In this document: positions 48,290 to 59,787 of the stretch, in pieces
How positions within the stretch are numbered: position 1 is the stretch's first letter
How the letters are laid out: every line of letters begins with the position of its first letter
Assembly (NCBI GenBank): GCA_964016885.1
Contig: OZ024743.1
Location: forward strand, 363,134,001 to 363,198,000
Source: Eledone cirrhosa
Lineage: Eukaryota
DNA: 64,000 nt
Direction: 5' to 3'
Notes under the pieces: model-generated
Told to the model about the DNA's origin: nothing
Database searches by the model: none
The model's input: the letters and a program-made list of their open reading frames with translations, nothing else
Position numbers and translations under genes: made by a program

Positions 48290-50090
48290 TCTTCTTCTTC
48301 TTCTTCTTCTTCTTCTTCTTCTTCTTCTTCTTCTTCTTCTTCTTCTTCTTCTTCTTCTTCTTCTTCTTCTTCTTCTTCTTCTTCTCCCACTTACTTTTGG
48401 GAGGGTCATGGAGGTAGAGTCCTGAAGCATACTTTTCAGCGGGTCCTGTCAGAACCAACTGATCTCCAAGCAAGACCAGCTGAACTCGTGATTATAAGGA
48501 AAAAATTGGGGACAGAGATTAGTAATTGATTTTGTTATTGTCTCTGATCTCTTCAATTCTGTGCTGAATGTTTATGTTAAGAGAGGGGCTGAGCTGTCAA
48601 CTGATCACCATCTTGTTATCTCCAACTTATGACCTAAATCCAAGAAAACCCACAAAACTGACTGGCCCAGATCAACCTACAAGATATGTGGGAAGTGCTG
48701 GCTCATGAGAAGGTCAAGACAATGTATATAGATACTGTTGCATCCAAATTCAGAGAACTTGTTGAGAAAACTGAGGATATTGAAACAGAGTGGAAACTAT
48801 TCAGCTTGGCAGTTTCTGCTTTGGTTGTTAAATGCAGTGGGCAAAAGCTACTGGGTGTAGTGCCATGAGGCAGGAGGTTTCCTTGGTTCAATCAGGAGGT
48901 TAAAGATGCCATCTGAGCAATGAAGGAAACTTATAAAGTTTGGCTTGAAAATAAGTCCTGCTTGCATTGCAGCATAAGCAGACATGGAAAGTCACAGCAA
49001 CAACAGTAGAAGCATCCTCAATAAAAATCTATGCTAAGTGTCTGGCAAAGAGATGTAGGGATAGCTGATGAACAGTGCAGTTTTCACCCCGGATACAGTA
49101 CAGTTACCAAATACTCACACTGTGGCAGGTCTTTGAGAGACCATAGGAGTATTACCAAGAGATGTATGCTAGCTTTGTAGACCTTGAAAGGGCACATGAC
49201 TGCATTCCACGACACCTGTTGTAGAAGATTCTGCAGGAGTATTGGATTGATGGACAGCTTCTTGTTTCCCTGAAATCCCTATATGAATGCCCTAGTATTT
49301 GTGTTCATATAAATTCTCCCAATTCGAAATCATTCAATGCGAGCATCAGACTCTGCCAAAGTTGCATACTATTACCTCTCCTATTCATAATCTTCATAAA
49401 CAGAATTGAGATGGCCAGCCAGGTTGGAAGTGGTATCAGGACTAGCTGGTGTAGGATCAGTCGACTGGAATTTGCAAGCACATGGTGCAACTTAATTCAT
49501 CAGGTGATCTCTAATTTGCCCTTGATAGGTTTGTGAAGACTGAGACATTTGTCCTTTCAAGGAAGTCTGTACAGTGCACTCTACAAGTGAATGGAGTTTC
49601 ACTGAAGCGGGTGAAGAAGTTCAAATATCTTGAGGCCATTTTCACTAGGCAGGAAACAGAATTAAGTGCAAGAATTGTAGGAGTTGGTGCAGTAATGTGC
49701 CAGCTTTAGTATTTGGTCATCAAAAGAATGGAGGTTTGTGTAAAAGCTAAACTTGCTTCTTCAATTTGATGTTCATGCCAACCCTTACCTATGGTTAGGA
49801 ATCTTGGGTAATGATCAAAAGAATATAACTATAAATACAAGTGACCAAAATGGAGTCCTTTTAAAGAGTCTTTGGAATAATGTTACTTGATAAAGTGCTC
49901 AGATATCAGCGAGTCATTCCAGGTAGCACCACTACTGTGAATTGGGAGATCATAGCTCCAATACTTCAGACATGGGGCAGAGTGTCTAAGGAGAGAATTG
50001 TTGGACAGAATTTACTGGTAAAACTAACCGGTAAGAGACCCAGAGGTAGATCCTAAGCAAGATGGCTGGATAATATCCCTGAATCTCTGG
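48290..50090 (-). mobile_element. Rex3/Expander-like RTE with (GAA)n tail and large internal inversion
   Basis: (CTT)n 48290-48385 plus the 3' tip to ~48495 lie on minus; ~48496-50090 reads EN-end, RT and C-terminus on plus (KRGAELSTDHHLV, FVDLERAHD, KFKYL, GKRPRGR). Confidence 0.78.
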
Positions 50091-50642
50091 TTCTATAGAA
50101 TACAGCCTGTTTTAAAGGGTTTCTTCAGCTGATATGGCCTGGTCTGCCTGTCCTATATTAGTCTTGTTAGCAGCCAATGAGCCTGCAATAGATATGGTTA
50201 GCCCACTCCACTTCATAAATAATTATTTTCAAAATCATGCCATGTTCTAAATTAAAACCTTCCAACATAATTTCAAATTATGTTACAAATAATGTCTTGG
50301 TAATGAAATAATTGATAATTTTAGTAAATATCTCTATATTCTGCATTGTACATTAGAAATATGGTCATGAAAGGATTAAAGTTATTATGCTCACCACATT
50401 AAATCTGTTTGCACTTATCTCACCACATCAAAGCTCTTGCCATGTAAATAGATGTAGAATGTTAATATTGTGGTTGATGTTTAGAGACACTGGTTGGTAG
50501 ATATAATGAGTTGTGGGAAATATATATGATAATTCGTGTGAGTAATCTTTCATGTGTAATCTATTCTGTTCGTCATAATTATATAAATATCTCAATTATT
50601 CTACCATAGCTTTATAACAATTTTTTCTCCTGCCTTTTTTAG

Positions 50643-50777
50643 TCACAAGAAACGTATATACATGATTGATATGAAGGGCCACAAACGGTTCCCACAACAA
50701 AAAGAACAGACATCAGATGACGAGGACCTAATGCCATGGCAGAGTGGATTTTCACAAACATCTGGAATGAGAAATAA
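50643..50777 (+). CDS. PHLPP: PHLPP exon 13 (linker and start of PP2C-like domain)
   Basis: ttttag|T...AA|gtaagt, 135 nt; HKKRIYMIDMKG...PWQSGFSQTSGMRN. Not in the ORF track. Confidence 0.9.
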
Positions 50778-50989
50778 GTAAGTTATATTTGGATATTATA
50801 GTTAAACTGATTATTAATACATTTTAACAATTCAGTCTTTATTTCCTTATTGGTAGGGACAGAGTTTGGCTGGGTCTACTTTGTTGGAGATGCTCTTTTT
50901 CTTTTTCTTTTTCTATTTTATTTTTGTGGTGGAGAGGGGCTATTCTTCTTTGGCTCTATGGCTATGTGCAATTTTCATTCATTTTGTAA

Positions 50990-51200
50990 CCCTTTAAGAA
51001 GGAATATGACATCACTTTCAGCCTATATCTGGAGTTTAAAAGATAATCACATCCAATATAGGTTATACTGGGAGATCTTAGCTAAAGCTAGATCCTATAA
51101 CAGGAATAAAAGACCATGTGATCTTTGCACCACCAAAGCCCTGGACATTTTTTAAGCCAATGACAAAAAATCTGAGGCAATACCAGCTTGTAAGCATAAA
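50990..51200 (+). mobile_element. Penelope-like element GIY-YIG C-terminal remnant
   Basis: TSLSAYIWSLKD..I.Y...WEIL.KARSY.....CDLC matches the PLE endonuclease C-terminal pattern, from memory. Confidence 0.65.
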
Positions 51201-51293
51201 CTGAATAAAAACATTTTTATATTACAGCCCAACATTATATCCTAACAGATAGTATGGTTACTTTTATTTATTTATTTATATTTATATATGTAT

Positions 51294-51636
51294 ATCATCG
51301 TCATCATCATTTCATTTTACGTCCGCTTTTTCCCTGCTTGCAAGGGTGGGACGGGAACTGATTCTTGCTTGATTTCTACAGCTGGATGCCCTTCCTAACA
51401 CCAACCTCATTTACAGTGAGTGCTGGGTGCTTTTTTGCCGTGGCACCTCCACGACCACTTTGCAGTGGAATGATATGGACCCCAGTCCCTATCATCTCAT
51501 TTCTACAGCTGAGTAAACTGGAGCTATGTGAAATAAAGTGTCTTGCTCAAGGAAACAACACATCACCCGGTCTGAGAATTGAACTCACAACCTTTCGATT
51601 GCAAGGCCAATGCTCTAACCACTAAGCCATGTGCCT
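51294..51636 (-). mobile_element. SINE family 2, second copy
   Basis: Near-identical to 10317-10661. Confidence 0.85.
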
Positions 51637-51701
51637 ATATGTATATATATGTATGAATGTATGTGTATGTGTATATATGCATATATGTGTGTATGTATAT
51701 G

Positions 51702-51750
<49 letters not shown>

Positions 51751-52129
51751 TCAGTCTTTATACTGTGGGGTTGTTGCAATTCCATTCTTGCCTTTTATTT
51801 AGACTGGATTTACTTTGTTATATAGGTGGCTTCCTTAATATGTCTAAGCATTGCATCAGTTTGGTGTGCAGCGATGCTTTTTACCTTCATGTTTTTTTAG
51901 TGAGACACCATATCCTAGTTTAGCATTTTAGTGAAGCACTGACAAATGTTTCTTGTCTTTCAGTTCCCACCACTGCTCCTTCATCCTTGTCTCCATACTA
52001 CAAGCTATTACTCCTATGTACATCATGGTCCTGTTTTTAGATTGTCCCTCAGTGCATATTATGCTATATACTACATTTCAATTTTTATGATTTATCTGTG
52101 AGCTTACCTTACAGATTTCAGTTTTCATT

Positions 52130-52925
52130 CGTGTAGGGGACTTTCTTAAATAGGTAAGTTCTACTGACTAGAAATTTGATGGAGATTTCTGTTTTTCCTA
52201 CTTCTTTAATTTAAAGTTTTATTTTATCTAAATCTTCTAAATCTATAAGCTAGCTCACCTCTGTGGCTAACATTGACAAACATCACATACTGGTATTTTT
52301 TGTTGTCTACCTTCTTTCTTATCCTCTTTATCTATTCATAGTTTGCTCCTATACATGGGGAATACTTCATTCACATCATTTTCCATGATAGTCTTCTATT
52401 TTGTATACTCTGATCCTGCCTATTTGGTTGTATTTGAAAGTGGTCTTCATCCACTGAAGCTCAGCAGTTTCTGACTGTATATCATCTTAATAATAGACAT
52501 AGTAAGAGTGATGGAGATTGTACCCCACATGTTTGATCTATAGAACTAGAGAGATATACACAACACTTCATCCACTGCACACAGTCCTCTGGATACAATC
52601 AAAAAGACAGGATCAGAGTATTCAAAGGTGCCAGGGCAAAATTGAAACTATCATGGCAAGTGATGGGAATAGTGTTTGTTACATGTATAGAAGCAAAGCA
52701 TGGAACAGAATAAAGAGGATAAGGGAGAAATAGACAGTCAATTGTTGAATGGAAACAAAAAATACTAGAGTACGATGTTCATTAATGTTATCCGCAGAGG
52801 CAAACTAACTCATAGACTTAGAAAGGCTTTAGACAAAATAAAACTTAAAACTAAGGTAGAAGAAAAGCCAGGAATCTCCATCAAATCCCTCATCAGCAGA
52901 TATTACTTATTAAAAAAACCCCTCA
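52130..52925. repeat. Diverged inverted repeat, ~230-bp arms
   Basis: ~52130-52360 pairs with ~52680-52925 (e.g. atttgatggagatt / aatctccatcaaat; cttatcctctttat / ataaagaggataag). Confidence 0.75.
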
Positions 52926-52985
52926 GTTCTGACAGAATTTGCATAATCTGAAATTGCATTTTCATTTTTGTTTTAAACCCAAAAG

Positions 52986-53192
52986 GTTGTGTGTAACAAT
53001 TCTGAACGAACCAACATTTAACAAGAATGGTGAAGATGGACTTTTTGGAATCTTTGATGGTGGAAGAAATGAAGAAGTTGCTCGAACATTGGCAGAGATC
53101 GTTGCAGACACTCTGTTGGAAGAATTACATAGCCCACGTTTAATTCCAGGTGGAACAAGTTACATGAAATATGCTTTGCTCAGTTGCCACAG
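52986..53192 (+). CDS. PHLPP: PHLPP exon 14 (PP2C-like)
   Basis: cccaaaag|G...AG|gtatgt, 207 nt; KLCVTIL...LFGIFDGGRNEEV...LLEEL...YMKYALLSCH. Confidence 0.88.
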
Positions 53193-53819
53193 GTATGTAA
53201 GAAGTTTCTCCTGATCAGTTATATCATCAGGTTGCCCAGAATCATACTTATACTGTATAACATCTTTAAACATTTTGTTATTCATTTAGAAAGTTAAATT
53301 CGTGGTAAACTAAATCCATGACCTGTTTACATTAACATAAGTAACTTTAGGTAAAACTTCCATTTCATGTTACCCTGAAGTAGCAGCCAACTCTTTCATA
53401 TTACTCATTATTGTCTTAAAAAAAAGGAGACACATTGGATATACTAGTTTAGAATAATGATGGAATATTTATCTCTGGAATGCCTTTAATCAAGGATCTG
53501 CTCCATCATGACTGATTTGAAGCTAAACAACAACCCTGAAGCCTATTAGTCAGAATGTTGGGCTCATGATCATATGGTCCTAGGTTTAATTCTCAACCCA
53601 AGTGACATATTGTTTAAGTCACTTCATTTCACATTGCTCCAGTCCACTCAGTACTAGCAGCAGCTGGGGATTAACCATACAACAGATTGATGCTTAATTG
53701 CACATGAAATGTTATGCCACACGATACTTAATATGATGCCATGTATTGCCACATGACAGATATTGCCAACATCGTAGTTAATCCCACATAAAACGTAATG
53801 CCACATAACACATTCTGCC

Positions 53820-54990
53820 ACATCATGCTCTTGACCATCCTTTTCCATTTGCTTTTTCATGCTTGCATGAGTTGGACAGAGTTGTTTCTAGTACAAACTT
53901 TTTCTACCTACTGCAGCTTTTGTAATTTTCTCTATCAGATTCAGCATTTTCAGATCTGCCCCCACCACATTTGTCCAGATCTTCCTTGGCCTTTCTCTAC
54001 TGTTGCAACCTTTCATTGGGAACACTTGGTACTTTTTCACCCAATAATCATTATCCATACTCATCAAATAGCTTCTTTTCTCTTGTACTCTACATTTGAT
54101 TCCCTTATATATTTTCTCAGCCCATACATGCATATTAACATCACACATCTATTAAAGCATGCTTGCCTAATTTCTCTCCAGCCTTTGAATATCCTCTGAA
54201 TTTACTGCTCATGTTTCACTTCCATGCACCATCACACTTCACAAGCAAGCATTACACAGCTGGCCTTTCATTCATAGAGAGAAACATTTTGATGTCAAAA
54301 GAGACAATAATTTTCTGAACTTTTTTCCAGCCTGTCCTTATTTTAGCTATTATACTTTCAGAGCAACCTCCTCCACTGCTACTTCAGCCACCTAGGTAAC
54401 AGAAGTTATCAACTACTTCTATGGAATGTTTTGGGGATTAAAGAAAGTTTATTATGCTGGGGTGTTTACTACTTATTACTTCTGTGCATCTCCTAAATAT
54501 AAAGTCTACCTTTTCTGTTAGTCCAACTACAATCCCACTACATCTCTTGTGTACTCATGTTTTACATTGTATACATTGTATAGAGTCCCCACCTATTTCT
54601 TTTCTATATATGGAGCATGGCCACTCCCTTGATGGGATTGGAGTCGAGCCTTCTTTCTTACTTACTAAGACTTTGGGCTTTTCTAAGTTTACTCTGAGTC
54701 CTTTTGAGTCTATGTTCTGTTTTTAGTGGGAATTTTTTCTCTAGCTCTTCCACAGATGCAGCAATAACATCTAGGTCATCAGCATACAGAAGTTTACATG
54801 GAGATCCAGTTGTAAACTACTCTGTTATAGCCTGGTTAACTATAATAAATATGAGGGGTCTAAGGACTGAGCCTTGATAAACACCTACCTGCATATTCAA
54901 TTTCTCACTAAACTCATTACCTACTCTCACCTCACTCACTAATCTGTACATGGCTTGCACTGCCACTCATTTATCCCCAATTTCTTTAAT
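53820..54990 (-). mobile_element. Decayed RTE LINE fragment (RT/PHD/C-terminus)
   Basis: Minus-strand YADDL, CIQCKT*VHKRCSG, FCYLG and RPRKIW remnants. Confidence 0.82.
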
Positions 54991-55018
54991 TGAAATAACA
55001 AATTTTCAACTTAATAAT

Positions 55019-55230
55019 TGTTTCTGATTTAGGCACAAGGCCAGCAATTTGAAGGGGGAGGTTGATTAAATCGACCCCAGTGCATTACTGGTACTTTATT
55101 TTATCAACCCTGTTAGGATGAAAGGCAAAGCTAACCTACGCAGGATTTGAAATCAGAATGTAAAGAGATGTAACTCTATGCTTCAAAGCATGGTGTCTGA
55201 TGCTCTACTGATACTGCCAATCCACCATCC
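55019..55230 (-). mobile_element. SINE family 1
   Basis: Reverse complement; degenerate TSD ttcaacttaataat / ttcaatttaacaat. Confidence 0.78.
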
Positions 55231-55676
55231 TTCAATTTAACAATAGAAGTAATCTAGTATGTCATTAAAAGATGAGATTTCAGTGTAATCTAAATTTCAA
55301 CATTTTAGGAGAAGCAGTTTTAGCTGCATTGGTATTAAAGGGTTAATTCTATTTGAGTCATACTCCTATATTTTTTCTTGCTATTTGTTTCCTTTTGATA
55401 TTCTAATCATAAAATGTATGATTTGTAATCAAGAAAGATTCTATTAGAACATGTAAGGGTCATTTTAATATTCAGAAAACACAAAAATTGTTATGTTTAC
55501 CATTTCTCATGAAATATTCTGTCTAGACACAAGAAAATATGCCAGCAGTGATTTGGTCTCAAGACTTTTAAACAGTTTAATAACTACACCCTTCCCCATT
55601 TATTTCATTGCTAAAACTTTCACTCTGGTTACTGACACAGTTTCACTGCAACATACCTAATTTATTTATTTTGTAG

Positions 55677-55914
55677 GAAACTTAAATCTGTTGGTCAAAA
55701 GGTTGGTGCTTCAGTTGCAGTTTGCCATATCAAGAAATTTACAGAAATTAGTGAAAAGATCTCACAGTATTGTTTGACAGTGGGCAATGTTGGTATGGTG
55801 CAAGTGGTCCTTTGTCGAAATGGTCAAGCAATGAAACTAAGTCACCAATTCTCAGTTGACTCTGACCGATCTGAATGTATGAGAATTCAAAAATCTGATG
55901 GAATTGTTACAGAA
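55677..55914 (+). CDS. PHLPP: PHLPP exon 15 (PP2C-like)
   Basis: ttgtag|G...GAA|gtaagt, 238 nt; KLKSVGQKVGASVAVCHI...TVGNVGMVQVVLCRNG...RIQKSDGIVTE. Confidence 0.94.
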
Positions 55915-57346
55915 GTAAGTAAATTTATTGGAAAATCTTTGGTGGGGAATATGGACCTGACTTTGTGAAAGATGGCTAAGGGGGCCAAGTACAAAACATT
56001 AAGACCATAAGTGCAATATTTCTTAATATTTTCTCCAAATGTATTGTTCATCTTTATCTTATTCACTCTTGTATGGAATTCTGTCATCACATCTGGGTTG
56101 ATGCATCTACCAGTGGTCATTCTTTCCTTCATCAAATTCAAAAATGTGTTTCTAACATGGTTGGTCCTATTTTGGCAGACTGAGGCTATAGTAGAAGACA
56201 CTAATCCTAGGTGCTGTACAGTGAGATGAAACCCCAAAGCACAAGGTTGTGAAGTACACTTTTTACTCATACAGCCATGCCAGCATTTCACAGAATATAT
56301 TTTGTGTAAAACAGTTTTCAAAAATTATCTTACATCTTTAACTTTATTTGCACACATGAATTGTTGGAGCTTGCATATTAATTGTTATAATGAAATACTT
56401 CTGTACCAATACCTATTCAACTGTAAAGACAAACTAGTCCTATAATTCTTACTATACTGATTGAGACCAAGAGACTATTGAGCCTTGACTTGGAAGTGCA
56501 ATACAATAATTGGTGCAAGTTTTTAACTTAGCACCACACAACAGCACTTTTACTTCACTATCATAGTACAAATTCCATGGTAAATTTAACAGAGGAAAAT
56601 CTATGAAGTGTTTTTATTTCAATATTTATTTATTCTATTAAAAGTGTTTAATCTATGGGAGATTCCTGCTGCAGAGATAGAGTTTTTCCCTTCCGAGGCT
56701 CAAGTATTGGCAAGATGCTTTGTGTAAGACCAGTAGTTGCCCATATATGCCAATAACTTCTGCCCATGCAACATATATTGTCCAAGGAAAAAGCAAAGGC
56801 TGATACAGCTTGGCACCAGTGTCATTGTAAGACACAAGGCTACTGTAAGTTTAACAACCAGCTGCTACTGGTGCTCTTTTTTTCCCAGCTGAGTGGACTG
56901 GATCAACATGAGATTAAAGTATCCAATAAAATATGCCACTCAGTTTCGGACTCAAAACTCAGGACCTCACAATCATGAGCTTAACACACTAACCACTAGT
57001 GATAAGAGCATTGAAAATATACATTAGAAGATATATGTTCTGAGTTTAACCTGCACAAAAAGCTGAGTAGATGTAGAAAAGATTAATTAAGGTAAGATTA
57101 ATAAGAATGTAATTTGGAAAACAGAAATAAGAAATATCAAAGTTTTCTTTTATTCCCCCACCCCTCTCTCTCTCTTTCTCTCTCTTGCGTCCCTTTCAAA
57201 TATTTCATCTCTCTTACTCTCTTCCTTTCTTTACCCTTTCTACATCTATCTCTCCCCCCCCTCCACCTTCTACCATTTGTCTTCCCTCACACAGATTACA
57301 TCAATTTTGATTATTATCTAAACATAAATATTTTTCAACTTTTCAG

Positions 57347-58735
57347 GATGGATTGGTCAATGGAATTACACTCTGTACACGTTTGATAGGCTGCAGTTAT
57401 CTCTACCCCCAACTCATACCAAAGCCACATATTCAGAGTATAAAACTACAGCATGACGACCAGTGCATTATAATTGCTAATCATGAACTGTGGAAATACC
57501 TCAGCATTGAGGAAGCTGTCAGCCAGATCTCTCCATTCCAAGACCCAGTTGTAAGTGCCAAAATATTACAAGACCTTGCTCAAGGGTATGGAGCCACAGA
57601 AAATCTGTGTATTTTGGTCATAAATTTGAAACCATTACAGATTTCTCCATTTAGTCCAACTCCATCACAGGTATTTAACTTCCCGCAGTTTAATAACAAC
57701 AATATTGGAGAGCACACCCCCAAATTATGGCATAGTAAGACAGTTAGAGATACACTCCCTAGTACTAATTCTAGTGGCTTGTGTTCTATTGCAGAAAGTG
57801 ATGAGTCAGATGAGAGTAAACATTCAGCATTGGAGAGAAAAAAAGTGCTGAATGAAATAGTGAAGGGATCAGTAAAAGATATTGAGCTATTTGAAAATAT
57901 GACTTCACTAAAGACTCAGAACATGTCTAAATCTATTAGTGAGGCAAGTCACATTTATGAGTGGGAAGAATTGTTACAGAAGAGACTTGCAAAAGACATG
58001 AAAACCAAAGAAGTAAACAATGAACTGAAAAAGTTGGATAAAAGAAAAGGAGAAGAAGAACAGGGCAAAAATAAAGAAATTAAGCCAACATTTGAAAGAA
58101 ATTGGTCAACAGCTGGGAAAGATTCCAAGAAAGATACAAACAATCAAGAAGAACCAGTCACTCCCCAGTGGATAGATACTGAATCTGATACAAAGACATC
58201 CACGGACCAAAGTGAAACATCCACAGAATCACGGGAAGATTGTCTGTATGACATTCCACCAGGAATTGACCGAGATGCTATTTTATTTTACAAAATGCAG
58301 ATGGCACGTTTCAATAGAGGGAAGAGTGGAAGCCTAAGTTCTGTGCAATCTGACCCAATGTATACCTCCCAGGAAGATGTGTTTCCTCCTCGTGCTCCTT
58401 CTCATAGCATTGAGGTACTTGTGAGAGCCATGCCTAATGTTAGTCGACCAACAGCCCAAGAGGCTTCTAAACCCAAACAACACACTACCTTCAGAAGGAA
58501 AGTAAGTGGAAGTAAATACCAAATAAATGAAAAAGAACCAACAAAAACAAATACAACATCAACTCCAAGAAAAACATCAAAAAGTGAAACATCACATGCA
58601 GCAAATTACATAAAACCATCTAGTACGACAAGTTCAGAAGCACATTCTTCTTCTAGTAACAGTAAAAGTAATTCTACAAATAGTACTGATAATGATGAAC
58701 AATACACTAGTAGCATCATCATATCTTATCTTTGA
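57347..58735 (+). CDS. PHLPP: PHLPP exon 16 (end of PP2C-like domain, long low-complexity tail, PDZ-type motif)
   Basis: tttcag|GAT; DGLVNGITLCTRLIGCSYLYP...PKPH...ANHELW...AQGYGATENL; ends IISYL-TGA. Confidence 0.93.
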   Translation, partial: DGLVNGITLCTRLIGCSYLYPQLIPKPHIQSIKLQHDDQCIIIANHELWKYLSIEEAVSQISPFQDPVVSAKILQDLAQGYGATENLCILVINLKPLQISPFSPTPSQVFNFPQFNNNNIGEHTPKLWHSKTVRDTLPSTNSSGLCSIAESDESDESKHSALERKKVLNEIVKGSVKDIELFENMTSLKTQNMSKSISEASHIYEWEELLQKRLAKDMKTKEVNNELKKLDKRKGEEEQGKNKEIKPTFERNWSTAGKDSKKDTNNQEEPVTPQWIDTESDTKTSTDQSETSTESREDCLYDIPPGIDRDAILFYKMQMARFNRGKSGSLSSVQSDPMYTSQEDVFPPRAPSHSIEVLVRAMPNVSRPTAQEASKPKQHTTFRRKVSGSKYQINEKEPTKTNTTSTPRKTSKSETSHAANYIKPSSTTSSEAHSSSSNSKSNSTNSTDNDEQYTSSIIISYL

Positions 58736-58847
58736 TGAAATGTTAATCATAGTCAAACTATACTACATGAAGGCTTGTATATCAAATACAAGAGAGATGC
58801 TGCGGCTGTTGTTCTGGTGTATAAGTAAATATTAAGGAATGATGAAA

Positions 58848-58853
58848 AATAAA
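58848..58853 (+). promoter_or_regulatory. Candidate polyadenylation signal AATAAA
   Basis: First AATAAA after the stop, ~110 nt downstream. It lies in an A-run, so support is weak. Confidence 0.25.
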
Positions 58854-58872
58854 AAAAAACACTATCCTTAAG

Positions 58873-58912
<40 letters not shown>

Positions 58913-58934
58913 TATGTACATATATACATATATA

Positions 58935-59328
58935 CGAGGGCAATCCCAAAAGTCAGGTCTCCTTCCGATATTGCAACTTTTCCGTTAACATCCTGTGGAT
59001 GGTGCTTTGGCAAACCTCAGGAACCCAAATGCAGAGAGCATCCAGAGTGATCCGCCGACCTTTACGCATGTTTTCCTCGGAAGGAGACCTTACTTTTGGG
59101 ATTGCCCTTGTATATAATAACTGCGCGAAATTCACACTTGGCAGTAGCATTCAACGGGAGCTCCATTCTCAACGGCTGCCAAGCCAAGATTGAGCATCCC
59201 AGTGAAGCGCGCGCATGCTTGTTTGGGAGTGAAGGAAGCACCAATCACAACAGTGTTGCCAACCGCCGTATGAACAGTTTCTCTGCGTCTCCATCGCTTT
59301 GGAGACCTTACTTTTGGGATTACCCTCG
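58935..59328 (-). mobile_element. Internally deleted mariner with three TIR copies
   Basis: 28-bp TIRs at 58935-58962, 59083-59110 and 59301-59328, each TA-flanked; transposase remnants MELPLNATAKCEFRAVI and RRITLDAL...STIHRMLTEKLQYRK. Confidence 0.82.
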
Positions 59329-59395
59329 TATATATATATATACATATATATATAAGGAGGAAGTTATAGTTCATTTGAAGCATTGTGTAATGAGG

Positions 59396-59782
59396 TATAA
59401 ACGTTTGTATATGTATAATAAAGCCAAAGCAATGCAGGTATGGACATAGAATAAAGAATGCAAATGCAAAAGATATTGTTGACAATTAGTCTTTTACCTT
59501 AGATTTATTTAAATGTCCTAAATTTTCGAGATAATATCTCTTCTTCGGAGGGAAGTAAAGCGGTTAAACCAGTGTTCTAAATAGCTTGGCAAGCTATTTA
59601 GAACACTGGTTTAACTGCTTCACTTCCCTCCGAAGAAGAGATATTATCTCGAAAATTAAGGACATTTAAATAAATCTAAAGTAAAAGACTAATTGTCAAC
59701 AATATCTCTTGCATTTGCATTCTTTATTCTATGTCCATACCTGCATTGCTTTGGCTTTATTATACATATACAAACGTTTATA
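59396..59782. repeat. Near-perfect palindrome, 193-bp arms, 1-nt spacer
   Basis: Centre at 59589 (aaatagcttg-g-caagctattt). Confidence 0.96.
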
Positions 59783-59787
59783 TATAT

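Larger units (their letters stand above)
4996..58735 (+). other. PHLPP: PHLPP-family gene (PH domain leucine-rich repeat protein phosphatase-like), 16 coding exons, 1498 aa from ATG 4996
   Basis: Exons join at GT-AG sites in consistent phase, total 4497 nt including TGA. The protein is colinear with vertebrate PHLPP1/2 as I recall them: LIKFYLGKP, VRKGK..W, DLSKCNLEFLP, many LxxLxLxxN repeats, SGMRNKLCV, FDG.RN, GQKVGA, NVG..QVVLCRNG, TEDG.VNG.T..TR..G, AKILQDLAQGYG. Confidence 0.93.

Noticed and set aside
57347-58735. Adenylate cyclase domain after PP2C, as in fungal Cyr1
   Set aside because: The tail is low-complexity with no cyclase motifs; the architecture with a PH domain fits PHLPP.
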